From Escherichia coli (GTDB lineage: Bacteria > Pseudomonadota > Gammaproteobacteria > Enterobacterales > Enterobacteriaceae), in the NCBI RefSeq assembly GCF_024502345.1, contig NZ_JALDNN010000001.1: a DNA stretch of 64,000 nucleotides; one strand, given 5' to 3'. The position numbers were made by a program, and so were the translations under genes. This document shows, one piece after another, positions 40,505 through 51,430 of the stretch. Numbering within the stretch: position 1 is the stretch's first letter; each line of letters starts with the position of its first letter. The notes under the pieces are model-generated. The model searched no databases, was not told the DNA's origin, and saw nothing but the letters and a program-made list of their open reading frames with translations.

Positions 40505-41086
40505 ATGTCGGATACCACCGAACTGGTTGATTTAGCCGTGATCTTCCCTGATCTGGAGATCGAATTGAAATACGCCTGCGCTGATAACATCACAGGTAAA
40601 GCTATTTATCAGCAAGCGCGTTGTCTGTTACACAAGGATGCGATTACCGCGCTGGCGAAAAGTATCAGTATCGCCCAGCTCTCAGGCTTACAACTGGTGA
40701 TTTACGATGCGTACCGCCCACAACAAGCACAGGCGATGTTGTGGCAAGCCTGCCCAGACCCGCAATATGTTGTTGATGTGACGGTCGGTTCTAATCACAG
40801 CCGTGGCACGGCGATCGACCTGACGCTTCGTGATGAGCACGGGAACATCCTCGATATGGGCGCAGGGTTCGATGAAATGCACGAGCGCTCCCATGCTTAC
40901 CATCCTTCCGTCCCGCCCGCCGCTCAGCGCAATCGCCTGTTGCTGAATGCGATAATGACTGGTGGCGGTTTTGTCGGTATCTCCAGCGAATGGTGGCACT
41001 TCGAATTACCCCAGGCAGCGAGTTACCCTCTGCTCGCTGATCAATTCTCTTGTTTTATATCCCCTGGCACGCAGCACGTCAGTTAA
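40505..41086 (+). CDS. ddpX: D-Ala-D-Ala dipeptidase (VanX-like), 193 aa
   Basis: Sequence and position at the head of the ddp operon. Confidence 0.95.
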   Translation: MSDTTELVDLAVIFPDLEIELKYACADNITGKAIYQQARCLLHKDAITALAKSISIAQLSGLQLVIYDAYRPQQAQAMLWQACPDPQYVVDVTVGSNHSRGTAIDLTLRDEHGNILDMGAGFDEMHERSHAYHPSVPPAAQRNRLLLNAIMTGGGFVGISSEWWHFELPQAASYPLLADQFSCFISPGTQHVS

Positions 41087-41099
41087 TCAGGAAACTGTC

Positions 41100-42650
41100 A
41101 TGAAGAGATCGATATCGTTTCGTCCAACATTGCTCGCGCTCGTCCTTGCCACAACTTTCCCGGTTGCGCACGCCGCCGTACCGAAAGATATGCTGGTGAT
41201 TGGTAAGGCCGCCGATCCACAAAACCTCGACCCGGCGGTAACAATAGATAATAACGACTGGACAGTGACCTACCCGTCTTATCAGCGGCTGGTTCAGTAC
41301 AAAACGGACGGTGATAAAGGCTCAACCGACGTTGAAGGCGATCTGGCAAGTAGCTGGAAAGCGTCTGACGAACAAAAAGACTGGACGTTCACCCTGAAGG
41401 ACAATGCTAAATTTGCCGATGGCACACCTGTCACTGCCGAAGCAGTAAAACTCTCTTTTGAGCGGTTACTAAAAATCGGCCAGGGGCCAGCAGAAGCATT
41501 TCCCAAAGATTTAAAGATTGATGCTCCCGACGAACATACGGTGAAGTTTACCCTTAGCCAACCATTCGCACCGTTCCTCTACACGCTGGCGAATGACGGT
41601 GCATCCATTATCAATCCGGCGGTCTTAAAGGAACATGCAGCGGATGATGCTCGCGGCTTCCTCGCGCAAAATACCGCCGGTTCCGGACCATTTATGCTGA
41701 AAAGCTGGCAAAAAGGTCAGCAATTAGTTCTGGTGCCAAATCCGCATTACCCCGGCAATAAACCGAACTTTAAGCGAGTATCGGTAAAAATTATCGGTGA
41801 AAGTGCCTCCCGTCGCCTGCAGCTCTCCCGTGGCGACATTGACATTGCCGATGCGCTGCCGGTGGATCAACTCAACGCCCTGAAGCAGGAAAATAAAGTC
41901 AATGTGGCAGAGTATCCGTCACTGCGCGTCACCTATCTGTATCTGAATAACAGCAAAGCGCCACTTAATCAGGCGGATCTGCGTCGGGCCATTTCCTGGT
42001 CTACGGATTATCAGGGAATGGTTAACGGCATTCTGAGTGGTAACGGAAAACAGATGCGCGGCCCGATTCCGGAAGGCATGTGGGGCTACGATGCGACGGC
42101 AATGCAATACAACCATGACGAAACGAAAGCCAAAGCCGAATGGGATAAAGTGAAGAGCAAACCCACCAGCCTGACGTTTCTCTACTCCGATAACGATCCG
42201 AACTGGGAGCCTATTGCTCTGGCGACACAATCCAGTCTCAACAAGCTGGGCATCAATGTGAAGCTGGAAAAGCTGGCGAACGCCACCATGCGCGACAGAG
42301 TGGGTAAAGGTGATTACGACATTGCGATTGGCAACTGGAGTCCGGATTTTGCCGACCCGTATATGTTTATGAATTACTGGTTTGAGTCAGATAAAAAAGG
42401 TCTGCCGGGTAACCGCTCGTTCTATGAAAACAGTGAGGTCGATAAGTTACTGCGCAATGCGCTTGCGACCACCGACCAGACGCAGCGTACCCGAGACTAC
42501 CAGCAGGCACAGAAAATCGTCATTGATGACGCTGCTTATGTGTACCTGTTCCAGAAAAACTACCAACTGGCGATGAACAAAGAGGTGAAAGGCTTTGTAT
42601 TCAATCCCATGCTGGAACAGGTCTTCAATATCAATACCATGAGTAAATAA
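41100..42650 (+). CDS. ddpA: dipeptide ABC transporter periplasmic binding protein (516 aa)
   Basis: Signal peptide MKRSISFRPTLLALVLATTFPVAHA; start at ATG 41100 (the ORF track begins further upstream inside ddpX). Confidence 0.95.
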   Translation: MKRSISFRPTLLALVLATTFPVAHAAVPKDMLVIGKAADPQNLDPAVTIDNNDWTVTYPSYQRLVQYKTDGDKGSTDVEGDLASSWKASDEQKDWTFTLKDNAKFADGTPVTAEAVKLSFERLLKIGQGPAEAFPKDLKIDAPDEHTVKFTLSQPFAPFLYTLANDGASIINPAVLKEHAADDARGFLAQNTAGSGPFMLKSWQKGQQLVLVPNPHYPGNKPNFKRVSVKIIGESASRRLQLSRGDIDIADALPVDQLNALKQENKVNVAEYPSLRVTYLYLNNSKAPLNQADLRRAISWSTDYQGMVNGILSGNGKQMRGPIPEGMWGYDATAMQYNHDETKAKAEWDKVKSKPTSLTFLYSDNDPNWEPIALATQSSLNKLGINVKLEKLANATMRDRVGKGDYDIAIGNWSPDFADPYMFMNYWFESDKKGLPGNRSFYENSEVDKLLRNALATTDQTQRTRDYQQAQKIVIDDAAYVYLFQKNYQLAMNKEVKGFVFNPMLEQVFNINTMSK

Positions 42651-42651
42651 C

Positions 42652-43674
42652 GTGACCTTCTGGAGTATTTTACGCCAACGCTGCTGGGGGCTGGTGCTCG
42701 TGATGGCGGGGGTCTGTGTGATTACGTTTATTATCTCGCATCTGATCCCCGGCGATCCGGCGCGGTTATTGGCAGGTGACCGCGCCAGCGATGCTATCGT
42801 GGAAAATATTCGCCAGCAACTGGGACTGGACCAGCCACTGTATGTACAGTTTTACCGCTACGTCAGCGACCTGTTTCATGGTGACCTGGGAACATCCATT
42901 CGTACTGGGCGTCCGGTGTTGGAAGAGTTGCGTATATTTTTCCCGGCAACGCTGGAGCTGGCTTTTTGTGCCCTGCTGCTGGCACTCTTGATTGGCATCC
43001 CGCTGGGCATACTCTCTGCAGTCTGGCGAAATCGCTGGCTGGATCATCTGGTGCGAATAATGGCCATTACCGGAATCTCCACACCTGCGTTCTGGCTTGG
43101 GCTGGGCGTCATTGTGCTGTTTTATGGTCATCTGCAAATTCTTCCCGGCGGCGGAAGGCTTGATGACTGGCTGGATCCACCAACGCACGTTACCGGCTTT
43201 TATCTGCTCGATGCGCTGCTTGAAGGTAACGGTGAAGTCTTCTTCAATGCGCTGCAACATCTCATCTTACCGGCATTAACGCTGGCGTTCGTTCACCTGG
43301 GAATTGTCGCTCGCCAGATCCGCTCAGCGATGCTGGAACAATTGAGTGAAGACTACATTCGTACCGCCCGGGCCAGCGGCTTGCCTGGCTGGTATATCGT
43401 TTTATGTTATGCGCTACCCAATGCGTTGATCCCATCGATTACCGTATTAGGTCTGGCGCTGGGCGATTTGTTGTATGGCGCAGTGCTCACCGAAACCGTT
43501 TTTGCCTGGCCCGGAATGGGGGCATGGGTAGTAACATCAATACAGGCGCTCGACTTCCCGGCAGTGATGGGCTTTGCCGTCGTGGTTTCATTTGCTTATG
43601 TGCTGGTCAACCTGGTGGTGGATTTGCTCTATTTGTGGATTGATCCGCGTATCGGACGTCGAGGTGGTGAATGA
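42652..43674 (+). CDS. ddpB: dipeptide ABC transporter permease
   Basis: ABC permease with the EAA-loop region; operon position. Confidence 0.95.
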   Translation: MTFWSILRQRCWGLVLVMAGVCVITFIISHLIPGDPARLLAGDRASDAIVENIRQQLGLDQPLYVQFYRYVSDLFHGDLGTSIRTGRPVLEELRIFFPATLELAFCALLLALLIGIPLGILSAVWRNRWLDHLVRIMAITGISTPAFWLGLGVIVLFYGHLQILPGGGRLDDWLDPPTHVTGFYLLDALLEGNGEVFFNALQHLILPALTLAFVHLGIVARQIRSAMLEQLSEDYIRTARASGLPGWYIVLCYALPNALIPSITVLGLALGDLLYGAVLTETVFAWPGMGAWVVTSIQALDFPAVMGFAVVVSFAYVLVNLVVDLLYLWIDPRIGRRGGE

Positions 43675-44567
43675 TGCTAAGCGAGGAAACGTCCGCCGTA
43701 CGCCCACAAAAACAAACGCGATTTAACGGTGCAAAACTGGTATGGATGCTGAAAGGCAGTCCGCTCACCGTGACCGGCGCAGTCATCATTGTATTAATGC
43801 TACTGATGATGATTTTTTCACCGTGGTTGGCGACGCATGATCCCAACGCCATTGATTTATCCGCCCGCCTTTTGCCGCCTTCTGCGGCGCACTGGTTTGG
43901 CACCGATGAAGTGGGACGCGATCTGTTTAGCCGCGTACTGGTCGGCAGTCAGCAATCAATTCTCGCCGGATTAGTCGTGGTTGCCATTGCGGGTATGATT
44001 GGTTCGCTACTCGGATGTCTATCCGGTGTGCTTGGCGGACGCGCAGACGCCATCATCATGCGCATCATGGACATTATGCTGTCGATTCCTTCGTTGGTAC
44101 TGACAATGGCACTGGCTGCCGCTCTCGGGCCGAGTTTGTTTAACGCCATGCTGGCTATTGCTATTGTGCGAATTCCCTTTTATGTGCGCCTGGCGCGGGG
44201 GCAAGCATTAGTTGTACGCCAGTATACCTATGTTCAGGCGGCGAAAACCTTTGGCGCGTCTCGTTGGCATCTGATCAACTGGCATATTTTACGTAACTCC
44301 CTACCGCCGCTGATCGTGCAGGCATCGCTGGATATCGGTAGCGCGATTTTAATGGCCGCCACGTTGGGATTTATTGGCCTGGGTGCTCAACAACCGAGTG
44401 CTGAATGGGGCGCGATGGTAGCAAATGGTCGCAACTATGTACTCGATCAGTGGTGGTATTGCGCATTTCCGGGGGCAGCGATTTTGCTTACCGCCGTCGG
44501 GTTTAATCTCTTTGGTGATGGTATTCGCGATCTGCTTGACCCGAAATCAGGAGGAAAGCAGTCATGA
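43671..44567 (+). CDS. ddpC: dipeptide ABC transporter permease
   Basis: ABC permease; overlaps neighbouring genes by 4 nt on each side. Confidence 0.95.
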   Translation: MMLSEETSAVRPQKQTRFNGAKLVWMLKGSPLTVTGAVIIVLMLLMMIFSPWLATHDPNAIDLSARLLPPSAAHWFGTDEVGRDLFSRVLVGSQQSILAGLVVVAIAGMIGSLLGCLSGVLGGRADAIIMRIMDIMLSIPSLVLTMALAAALGPSLFNAMLAIAIVRIPFYVRLARGQALVVRQYTYVQAAKTFGASRWHLINWHILRNSLPPLIVQASLDIGSAILMAATLGFIGLGAQQPSAEWGAMVANGRNYVLDQWWYCAFPGAAILLTAVGFNLFGDGIRDLLDPKSGGKQS

Positions 44568-45550
44568 CCCAACCCGTTCTGGACATTCAACAGCTGCATT
44601 TGAGTTTCCCCGGTTTTAACGGTGATGTTCACGCGCTCAACAATGTGTCCTTGCAGATTAACCGCAGTGAAATTGTCGGTCTGGTGGGAGAATCCGGCTC
44701 AGGTAAATCAGTCACCGCAATGCTGATTATGCGTCTGCTACCGACGGGCAGTTATTGCGTACATCGGGGGCAGATTTCACTGCTGGGAGAAGATGTTCTT
44801 AACGCTCGGGAAAAACAGCTTCGTCAGTGGCGCGGCGCACGAGTGGCGATGATCTTTCAGGAACCGATGACCGCTCTTAATCCGACACGTCGAATAGGTC
44901 TTCAGATGATGGACGTAATCCGCCATCATCAACCAATAAGTCGTCGGGAAGCCAGAGCTAAAGCGATTGCCCTGCTGGAAGAGATGCAAATCCCGGATGC
45001 CGTGGAAGTTATGTCGCGCTATCCGTTTGAGCTTTCAGGTGGTATGCGCCAGCGGGTTATGATTGCGCTGGCATTTTCCTGCGAGCCGCAATTGATTATT
45101 GCCGACGAACCGACTACGGCGCTGGACGTCACGGTACAGTTGCAGGTACTGCGTTTGCTTAAACATAAAGCCCGCGCCAGTGGAACTGCGGTACTGTTCA
45201 TCAGCCATGATATGGCCGTGGTGTCGCAACTGTGCGATAGCGTTTACGTGATGTATGCCGGAAGCGTAATTGAAAGCGGCGTGACGGCAGACGTTATCCA
45301 TCATCCCCGGCATCCGTATACCATTGGTTTGCTGCAATGCGCACCAGAACATGGAGTACCACGCCAGCCATTACCCGCCATTCCAGGGACGGTACCATAC
45401 CTCACCCATTTGCCTGACGGCTGCGCTTTTCGCGATCGTTGCTATGCGGCAGGTGCACAGTGTGAAAACGTCCCGGCGCTGACAGCGTGTGGTGACAACA
45501 ACCAGCGCTGCGCCTGTTGGTATCCGCAGCAGGAGGTCATAAGTGTCTGA
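44564..45550 (+). CDS. ddpD: dipeptide ABC transporter ATP-binding protein
   Basis: Walker A GESGSGKS and ABC signature LSGGMRQR. Confidence 0.95.
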   Translation: MTQPVLDIQQLHLSFPGFNGDVHALNNVSLQINRSEIVGLVGESGSGKSVTAMLIMRLLPTGSYCVHRGQISLLGEDVLNAREKQLRQWRGARVAMIFQEPMTALNPTRRIGLQMMDVIRHHQPISRREARAKAIALLEEMQIPDAVEVMSRYPFELSGGMRQRVMIALAFSCEPQLIIADEPTTALDVTVQLQVLRLLKHKARASGTAVLFISHDMAVVSQLCDSVYVMYAGSVIESGVTADVIHHPRHPYTIGLLQCAPEHGVPRQPLPAIPGTVPYLTHLPDGCAFRDRCYAAGAQCENVPALTACGDNNQRCACWYPQQEVISV

Positions 45551-46469
45551 CACGTTATTAACGTTACGCGACGTCCATATCAATTTCCCGGCCCGTAAAA
45601 ACTGGCTTGGTAAAACTACGGAACATGTTCATGCCATTAATGGTATTGATTTACAGATCCGCCGTGGTGAAACCTTAGGGATCGTCGGCGAGTCAGGCTG
45701 CGGCAAAAGCACCCTCGCACAGCTTTTAATGGGCATGCTGCAACCGAGCCACGGGCAGTACATCCGTTCAGGCTCACAACGCATTATGCAGATGGTGTTT
45801 CAGGACCCGCTCTCTTCGCTTAATCCGCGCTTACCGGTGTGGCGCATCATCACAGAACCGCTCTGGATAGCTAAGCGTAGTAGTGAACAACAGCGGCGAG
45901 CGTTGGCAGAGGAGCTGGCTGTGCAGGTGGGTATTCGTCCGGAGTATCTCGACCGCCTGCCTCATGCGTTCTCCGGCGGGCAGCGGCAACGCATCGCCAT
46001 TGCCAGAGCACTCTCTTCGCAGCCTGACGTGATTGTGCTTGATGAGCCAACCTCGGCGCTGGATATCTCCGTGCAGGCGCAGATCCTCAATTTACTGGTA
46101 ACGCTACAGGAAAATCACGGGCTGACTTATGTGCTGATTTCACACAATGTCTCGGTGATACGTCATATGAGCGATCGGGTGGCGGTGATGTATCTCGGGC
46201 AGATTGTAGAACTGGGCGACGCGCAACAGGTGCTAACGGCTCCGGCACATCCATACACCCGATTATTGCTGGATTCCCTCCCCGCCATTGATAAACCGCT
46301 GGAGGAAGAATGGGCATTACGTAAAACGGAACTGCCAGGAAACCGCACGTTGCCGCAAGGCTGTTTTTTCTACGAACGTTGCCCTCTGGCAACCCACGGA
46401 TGTGAAGTCCGGCAATCATTAACAATAAGGGAGAACGGACGTGAGATCCGGTGCTGGCGGGCGCTGTAG
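45543..46469 (+). CDS. ddpF: dipeptide ABC transporter ATP-binding protein
   Basis: Walker A GESGCGKST and ABC signature FSGGQRQR. Confidence 0.95.
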   Translation: MSDTLLTLRDVHINFPARKNWLGKTTEHVHAINGIDLQIRRGETLGIVGESGCGKSTLAQLLMGMLQPSHGQYIRSGSQRIMQMVFQDPLSSLNPRLPVWRIITEPLWIAKRSSEQQRRALAEELAVQVGIRPEYLDRLPHAFSGGQRQRIAIARALSSQPDVIVLDEPTSALDISVQAQILNLLVTLQENHGLTYVLISHNVSVIRHMSDRVAVMYLGQIVELGDAQQVLTAPAHPYTRLLLDSLPAIDKPLEEEWALRKTELPGNRTLPQGCFFYERCPLATHGCEVRQSLTIRENGREIRCWRAL

Positions 46470-46483
46470 AGATGCTAACAACG

Positions 46484-46520
46484 CATCAGGCATTCACGCG
46501 CCTGACGCGTCATCCGGCAA
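46484..46520. repeat. REP-like palindromic element between the convergent ddpF and osmC genes
   Basis: CGCATCAGGC ... GCCTGACGCGTCATCCGGCA contains REP-like inverted motifs; probably a bidirectional terminator region. Confidence 0.45.
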
Positions 46521-46524
46521 TGCT

Positions 46525-46956
46525 TTACGATTTCAACTGGTAATCAAGCGTAATTTCCGCTTTCAGTACCTGAGAAACCGGGCATCCTGCTTTTGCTTTC
46601 TGGATGATGCCGTCAAAGGTAGAGGCATCAATACCCGGCACCGCAACTTCACTCTTCAGTGCGATTTTCGTAATCGCAAAACCGGCATCCACTTTATCCA
46701 GCGACACATCGGCGGTGGTATCAATCGATGTTGGCGTAAATCCCGCTTCCCCCAGCATTAATGAAAGCGCCATTGAGAAACATGCGGCATGCGCTGCGCC
46801 AATCAGTTCTTCAGGGTTAGTTCCTTTTTCGCCTTCAAAACGCGTGTTAAATCCATACGGCTGTTGGTTCAGCACGCCACTCTCGGTGGATACTGTTCCC
46901 TTCCCGCGTTTGATATCGCCTTCCCAGTGTGCCTGACCTTTCTTATGGATTGTCAT
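46525..46956 (-). CDS. osmC: osmotically inducible peroxiredoxin OsmC (143 aa)
   Basis: MTIHKKGQAHWEGDIKRGKGTVSTESGVLNQQPYGFNTRFEG matches OsmC as recalled. Confidence 0.96.
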   Translation of the reverse strand: MTIHKKGQAHWEGDIKRGKGTVSTESGVLNQQPYGFNTRFEGEKGTNPEELIGAAHAACFSMALSLMLGEAGFTPTSIDTTADVSLDKVDAGFAITKIALKSEVAVPGIDASTFDGIIQKAKAGCPVSQVLKAEITLDYQLKS

Positions 46957-47067
46957 TGTTGCTCTCCTGTGGGCTTAAAAAGGAAATTATAGACTACGTG
47001 AGAAACAGCACGAGGATAAGCAGGATATTCCGAATAAAAATCCGGCAGAAATATTACTTCTGTACTT

Positions 47068-47103
47068 AAATTAAATTCCCACAATAAATTAAATTCCCAC
47101 AAT
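47068..47103. repeat. perfect 18-bp tandem direct repeat (2 units) in the osmC-bdm intergenic region
   Basis: AAATTAAATTCCCACAAT at 47068-47085 and again at 47086-47103. Confidence 0.9.
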
Positions 47104-47319
47104 AGATTACCGGGAATATATAACCCAAAAGATATTGTATCAATATTAATCGGATCATACCAATCACAATCCCTATGAATATCATGGAGTTAAAATATAA
47201 AAATCATCAACCAGGACTAATCTTAACAACGAAGCGGCAAATATTTGCCATGCTGAATGTGCTTTATAAATCTGCGATCCGTAGCAGACACCATAAATAC
47301 ACAGACACGGAGAATCACT

Positions 47320-47535
47320 ATGTTTACTTATTATCAGGCAGAAAATTCAACAGCAGAACCCGCTCTGGTTAATGCCATTGAGCAAGGCCTTCGGGCACAG
47401 CACGGTGTTGTCACTGAAGATGACATTCTCATGGAGCTGACCAAATGGGTGGAAGCTTCTGATAACGACATCCTCAGTGATATCTACCAGCAAACGATCA
47501 ATTATGTGGTCAGTGGCCAGCACCCTACGCTTTAA
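47320..47535 (+). CDS. bdm: biofilm-dependent modulation protein Bdm (71 aa)
   Basis: MFTYYQAENSTAEPALVNAIEQGLRAQHGVVTEDDILMELTKW; start at ATG 47320 within the longer ORF-track frame. Confidence 0.9.
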   Translation: MFTYYQAENSTAEPALVNAIEQGLRAQHGVVTEDDILMELTKWVEASDNDILSDIYQQTINYVVSGQHPTL

Positions 47536-47636
47536 GGTGCTATGCTTGATCGGCAACCTAATTTAGGGGTTTAGCACGTGTTTCTTCGCTACGGCGATGT
47601 TGTCCTTAAAACTAGCTACAGGATTGAGGAGTTAAA

Positions 47637-47774
47637 ATGAAATCGAACCGTCAGGCACGTCATATTCTTGGACTGGACCATAAAATTTCTAACCAGCGCA
47701 AAATAGTTACCGAAGGTGACAAATCCAGCGTAGTAAATAACCCAACCGGCAGAAAACGCCCCGCTGAAAAGTAA
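47637..47774 (+). CDS. sra: stationary-phase-induced ribosome-associated protein Sra (45 aa)
   Basis: Not in the ORF track (under 60 aa); translates to [45 protein letters not shown] with a GAGGAG ribosome-binding site upstream and a terminator downstream. Confidence 0.9.
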
Positions 47775-47804
47775 TTCATAACCATCAGTCCTCAATGACG
47801 ATTA

Positions 47805-47839
47805 AACACCATTGCCTGCGCAATGGTGTTTTTGTTTTT
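47805..47839 (+). terminator. intrinsic terminator after sra
   Basis: 10-bp stem AACACCATTG / CAATGGTGTT with a 6-nt loop, followed by TTTGTTTTT. Confidence 0.8.
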
Positions 47840-47930
47840 ATCTGCTTTATACTTGGGGCCGACGCCCTGGCGGTAAAGCAAAGACGATAAAAGCCCCCCA
47901 GGGATGGATATTCAAAAAAGAGTGAGTGAC

Positions 47931-49628
47931 ATGGAACCAAAAACAAAAAAACAGCGTTCGCTTTATATCCCTTACGCTGGCCCTGTACTGCTGGAATTTC
48001 CGTTGTTGAATAAAGGCAGTGCCTTCAGCATGGAAGAACGCCGTAACTTCAACCTGCTGGGGTTACTGCCGGAAGTGGTCGAAACCATCGAAGAACAAGC
48101 GGAACGAGCATGGATCCAGTATCAGGGATTCAAAACCGAAATCGACAAACACATCTACCTGCGTAACATCCAGGACACTAACGAAACCCTCTTCTACCGT
48201 CTGGTAAACAATCATCTTGATGAGATGATGCCTGTTATTTATACCCCAACCGTCGGCGCAGCCTGTGAGCGTTTTTCTGAGATCTACCGCCGTTCACGCG
48301 GCGTGTTTATCTCTTACCAGAACCGGCACAATATGGACGATATTCTGCAAAACGTGCCGAACCATAATATTAAAGTGATTGTGGTGACTGACGGTGAACG
48401 TATTCTGGGGCTTGGTGACCAGGGCATCGGTGGGATGGGCATTCCAATCGGTAAACTGTCGCTCTATACCGCCTGTGGCGGCATCAGCCCGGCGTATACC
48501 CTTCCGGTGGTGCTGGATGTCGGGACCAACAACCAGCAGCTGCTTAACGATCCGCTGTATATGGGCTGGCGTAATCCACGTATCACTGACGATGAATACT
48601 ATGAATTCGTTGATGAATTTATCCAGGCTGTGAAACAACGCTGGCCGGACGTGCTGTTGCAGTTTGAAGACTTTGCTCAAAAAAATGCGATGCCGTTACT
48701 TAACCGCTATCGCAATGAAATTTGTTCTTTTAACGATGACATTCAGGGCACTGCGGCGGTAACAGTCGGCACACTGATCGCAGCCAGCCGCGCGGCAGGT
48801 GGTCAGTTAAGCGAGAAAAAAATCGTCTTCCTTGGCGCAGGTTCAGCGGGATGCGGCATTGCCGAAATGATCATCGCCCAGACCCAGCGCGAAGGATTAA
48901 GCGAGGAAGCAGCGCGGCAGAAAGTCTTTATGGTCGATCGCTTTGGCTTGCTGACTGACAAGATGCCGAACCTGCTGCCTTTCCAGACCAAACTGGTGCA
49001 GAAACGCGAAAACCTCAGTGACTGGGATACCGACAGCGATGTGCTGTCACTGCTGGATGTGGTGCGCAATGTAAAACCAGATATTCTGATTGGCGTCTCA
49101 GGACAGACCGGGCTGTTTACGGAAGAGATCATCCGTGAGATGCATAAACACTGTCCGCGTCCGATCGTGATGCCGCTGTCTAACCCGACGTCACGCGTGG
49201 AAGCCACACCGCAGGACATTATCGCCTGGACCGAAGGTAACGCGCTGGTCGCCACTGGCAGCCCGTTTAATCCAGTGGTATGGAAAGATAAAATCTACCC
49301 TATCGCCCAGTGTAACAACGCCTTTATTTTCCCTGGCATCGGGCTGGGTGTTATTGCTTCCGGCGCGTCACGTATCACCGATGAGATGCTGATGTCAGCA
49401 AGTGAAACGCTTGCTCAGTATTCGCCGCTGGTGCTGAACGGCGAAGGTCTGGTACTACCGGAACTGAAAGATATTCAGAAAGTCTCCCGCGCAATTGCGT
49501 TTGCGGTTGGCAAAATGGCGCAGCAGCAAGGCGTGGCGGTGAAAACGTCTGCTGAAGCTTTGCAACAAGCCATTGACGATAATTTCTGGCAAGCCGAATA
49601 CCGCGACTACCGCCGTACCTCCATCTAA
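47931..49628 (+). CDS. maeA: NAD-dependent malic enzyme (565 aa)
   Basis: [32 protein letters not shown] start; start at ATG 47931 rather than the ORF-track start 47904. Confidence 0.96.
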   Translation: MEPKTKKQRSLYIPYAGPVLLEFPLLNKGSAFSMEERRNFNLLGLLPEVVETIEEQAERAWIQYQGFKTEIDKHIYLRNIQDTNETLFYRLVNNHLDEMMPVIYTPTVGAACERFSEIYRRSRGVFISYQNRHNMDDILQNVPNHNIKVIVVTDGERILGLGDQGIGGMGIPIGKLSLYTACGGISPAYTLPVVLDVGTNNQQLLNDPLYMGWRNPRITDDEYYEFVDEFIQAVKQRWPDVLLQFEDFAQKNAMPLLNRYRNEICSFNDDIQGTAAVTVGTLIAASRAAGGQLSEKKIVFLGAGSAGCGIAEMIIAQTQREGLSEEAARQKVFMVDRFGLLTDKMPNLLPFQTKLVQKRENLSDWDTDSDVLSLLDVVRNVKPDILIGVSGQTGLFTEEIIREMHKHCPRPIVMPLSNPTSRVEATPQDIIAWTEGNALVATGSPFNPVVWKDKIYPIAQCNNAFIFPGIGLGVIASGASRITDEMLMSASETLAQYSPLVLNGEGLVLPELKDIQKVSRAIAFAVGKMAQQQGVAVKTSAEALQQAIDDNFWQAEYRDYRRTSI

Positions 49629-49761
49629 GCCTGCGCCCGGTAGTGAAGGCTACCGGGCTATTTCCCTCTCCCTTTTTCAGATCTCATCCATACTGGGTAG
49701 TGGCGAATAAATCTCATTTGCCTCACCTGCTATGCAGAACATCATCCGAAAAGGAGGAACT

Positions 49762-50772
49762 ATGAAGGCTGCAGTTGTTACGAAGGATCATCATGTTGAC
49801 GTTACGGATAAAACACTGCGCTCACTGAAACATGGCGAAGCCCTGCTGAAAATGGAGTGTTGTGGTGTATGTCATACCGATCTTCATGTTAAGAATGGCG
49901 ATTTTGGTGACAAAACCGGCGTAATTCTGGGCCATGAAGGCATCGGTGTGGTGGCAGAAGTTGGCCCAGGTGTCACCTCATTAAAACCAGGCGATCGTGC
50001 CAGCGTGGCGTGGTTTTACGAAGGATGCGGTCATTGCGAATACTGTAACAGTGGTAACGAAACGCTCTGCCGTTCAGTTAAAAATGCCGGATACAGCGTT
50101 GATGGCGGGATGGCGGAAGAGTGCATCGTGGTCGCCGATTACGCGGTAAAAGTGCCAGATGGTCTGGACTCAGCGGCGGCCAGCAGCATTACCTGTGCGG
50201 GCGTCACCACCTACAAAGCCGTTAAACTGTCAAAAATTCGTCCCGGTCAGTGGATTGCTATCTACGGTCTTGGCGGTCTGGGTAACCTCGCCCTGCAATA
50301 CGCGAAGAATGTCTTTAACGCGAAAGTGATCGCCATTGATGTCAATGATGAGCAGTTAAAACTGGCAACCGAAATGGGTGCAGATTTAGCGATTAACTCA
50401 CGCACCGAAGACGCCGCCAAAATTGTGCAGGAGAAAACCGGTGGCGCTCACGCTGCGGTGGTAACAGCAGTTGCTAAAGCTGCGTTTAACTCGGCAGTTG
50501 ATGCTGTCCGTGCAGGCGGTCGTGTTGTGGCTGTCGGTCTGCCGCCGGAGTCTATGAGCCTGGATATCCCACGTCTTGTGCTGGATGGTATTGAAGTGGT
50601 CGGTTCGCTGGTCGGCACGCGCCAGGATTTAACTGAAGCCTTCCAGTTTGCCGCCGAAGGCAAAGTGGTGCCGAAAGTCGCCCTGCGTCCGTTAGCGGAC
50701 ATCAACACCATCTTTACCGAGATGGAAGAAGGCAAAATCCGTGGCCGTATGGTGATTGATTTCCGCCGCTAA
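49762..50772 (+). CDS. adhP: alcohol dehydrogenase, propanol-preferring (336 aa)
   Basis: Zinc-ADH motifs ([15 protein letters not shown]); start at ATG 49762 preceded by AAGGAGG. Confidence 0.96.
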   Translation: MKAAVVTKDHHVDVTDKTLRSLKHGEALLKMECCGVCHTDLHVKNGDFGDKTGVILGHEGIGVVAEVGPGVTSLKPGDRASVAWFYEGCGHCEYCNSGNETLCRSVKNAGYSVDGGMAEECIVVADYAVKVPDGLDSAAASSITCAGVTTYKAVKLSKIRPGQWIAIYGLGGLGNLALQYAKNVFNAKVIAIDVNDEQLKLATEMGADLAINSRTEDAAKIVQEKTGGAHAAVVTAVAKAAFNSAVDAVRAGGRVVAVGLPPESMSLDIPRLVLDGIEVVGSLVGTRQDLTEAFQFAAEGKVVPKVALRPLADINTIFTEMEEGKIRGRMVIDFRR

Positions 50773-50917
50773 GAGGCCTTTGCTGCGACTGCCATGTTCG
50801 GGTCGCAGCATCGCACACTCTCCAACATGAAATGGCTAAATGGATTATTGTTGCGTAGGAAGGAACAATAATGATAGTGTTCCCAGAGAAGGAACGCTAC
50901 TGAGAGTAAAGACACTA

Positions 50918-51202
50918 ATGAAAATGGCCAATCATCCCCGCCCGGGGGACATTATTCAGGAATCACTGGACGAACTTAATGTCAGCCTGCGCGAGTTTGC
51001 CAGAGCAATGGAAATTGCTCCCTCAACGGCAAGCCGATTGCTGACAGGAAAAGCAGCTTTGACGCCAGAAATGGCAATTAAACTTTCCGTGGTGATCGGC
51101 AGTTCGCCGCAAATGTGGCTGAATCTGCAAAACGCCTGGAGTCTGGCAGAGGCAGAAAAAACGGTGGATGTGTCGCGATTACGCCGTCTGGTTACGCAAT
51201 AA
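50918..51202 (+). CDS. yddM: HigA-family HTH protein YddM (94 aa)
   Basis: XRE-type HTH ([37 protein letters not shown]); start at the internal ATG 50918. Confidence 0.85.
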
Positions 51203-51254
51203 AAAAATGGCACCTTATAAAGCGCCATTTGAAACTGATGACAAATGCAACATT

Positions 51255-51352
51255 GCCCGATGCGCTACGCTTATCAGGCCTACACGTTCACTGCAATCTA
51301 TTGGATTTGAACGGTTTGTAGGCCGGATAAGGCGTTCACGCCGCATCCGGCA
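51255..51352. repeat. REP / BIME repetitive extragenic palindromes (two inverted REP units)
   Basis: GCCCGATGCGCTACGCTTATCAGGCCTAC and GTAGGCCGGATAAGGCGTTCACGCCGCATCCGGCA match the REP consensus pattern. Confidence 0.8.
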
Positions 51353-51430
51353 TGAACAAAGCCTACGTTGTCTACAATATGAAAATGACGCCTTTTACAG
51401 CGCCATTTTCAGCTTAAAGTTCAAAAGAGA

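Noticed and set aside
47068-47103. Tandem repeats, and the two IR fragments at 4916-4947 and 6351-6382, considered as a possible CRISPR array
   Set aside because: There are only two repeat units with no spacers at 47068, and the IR copies are parts of transposon ends separated by a full IS element; no cas genes are present. Not a CRISPR array.
50773-50917. Possible HigB-like toxin remnant upstream of the HigA-family yddM
   Set aside because: Only very short frames (about 10-15 codons) exist there, with no toxin-like motif; there is no support for a toxin partner in this window.
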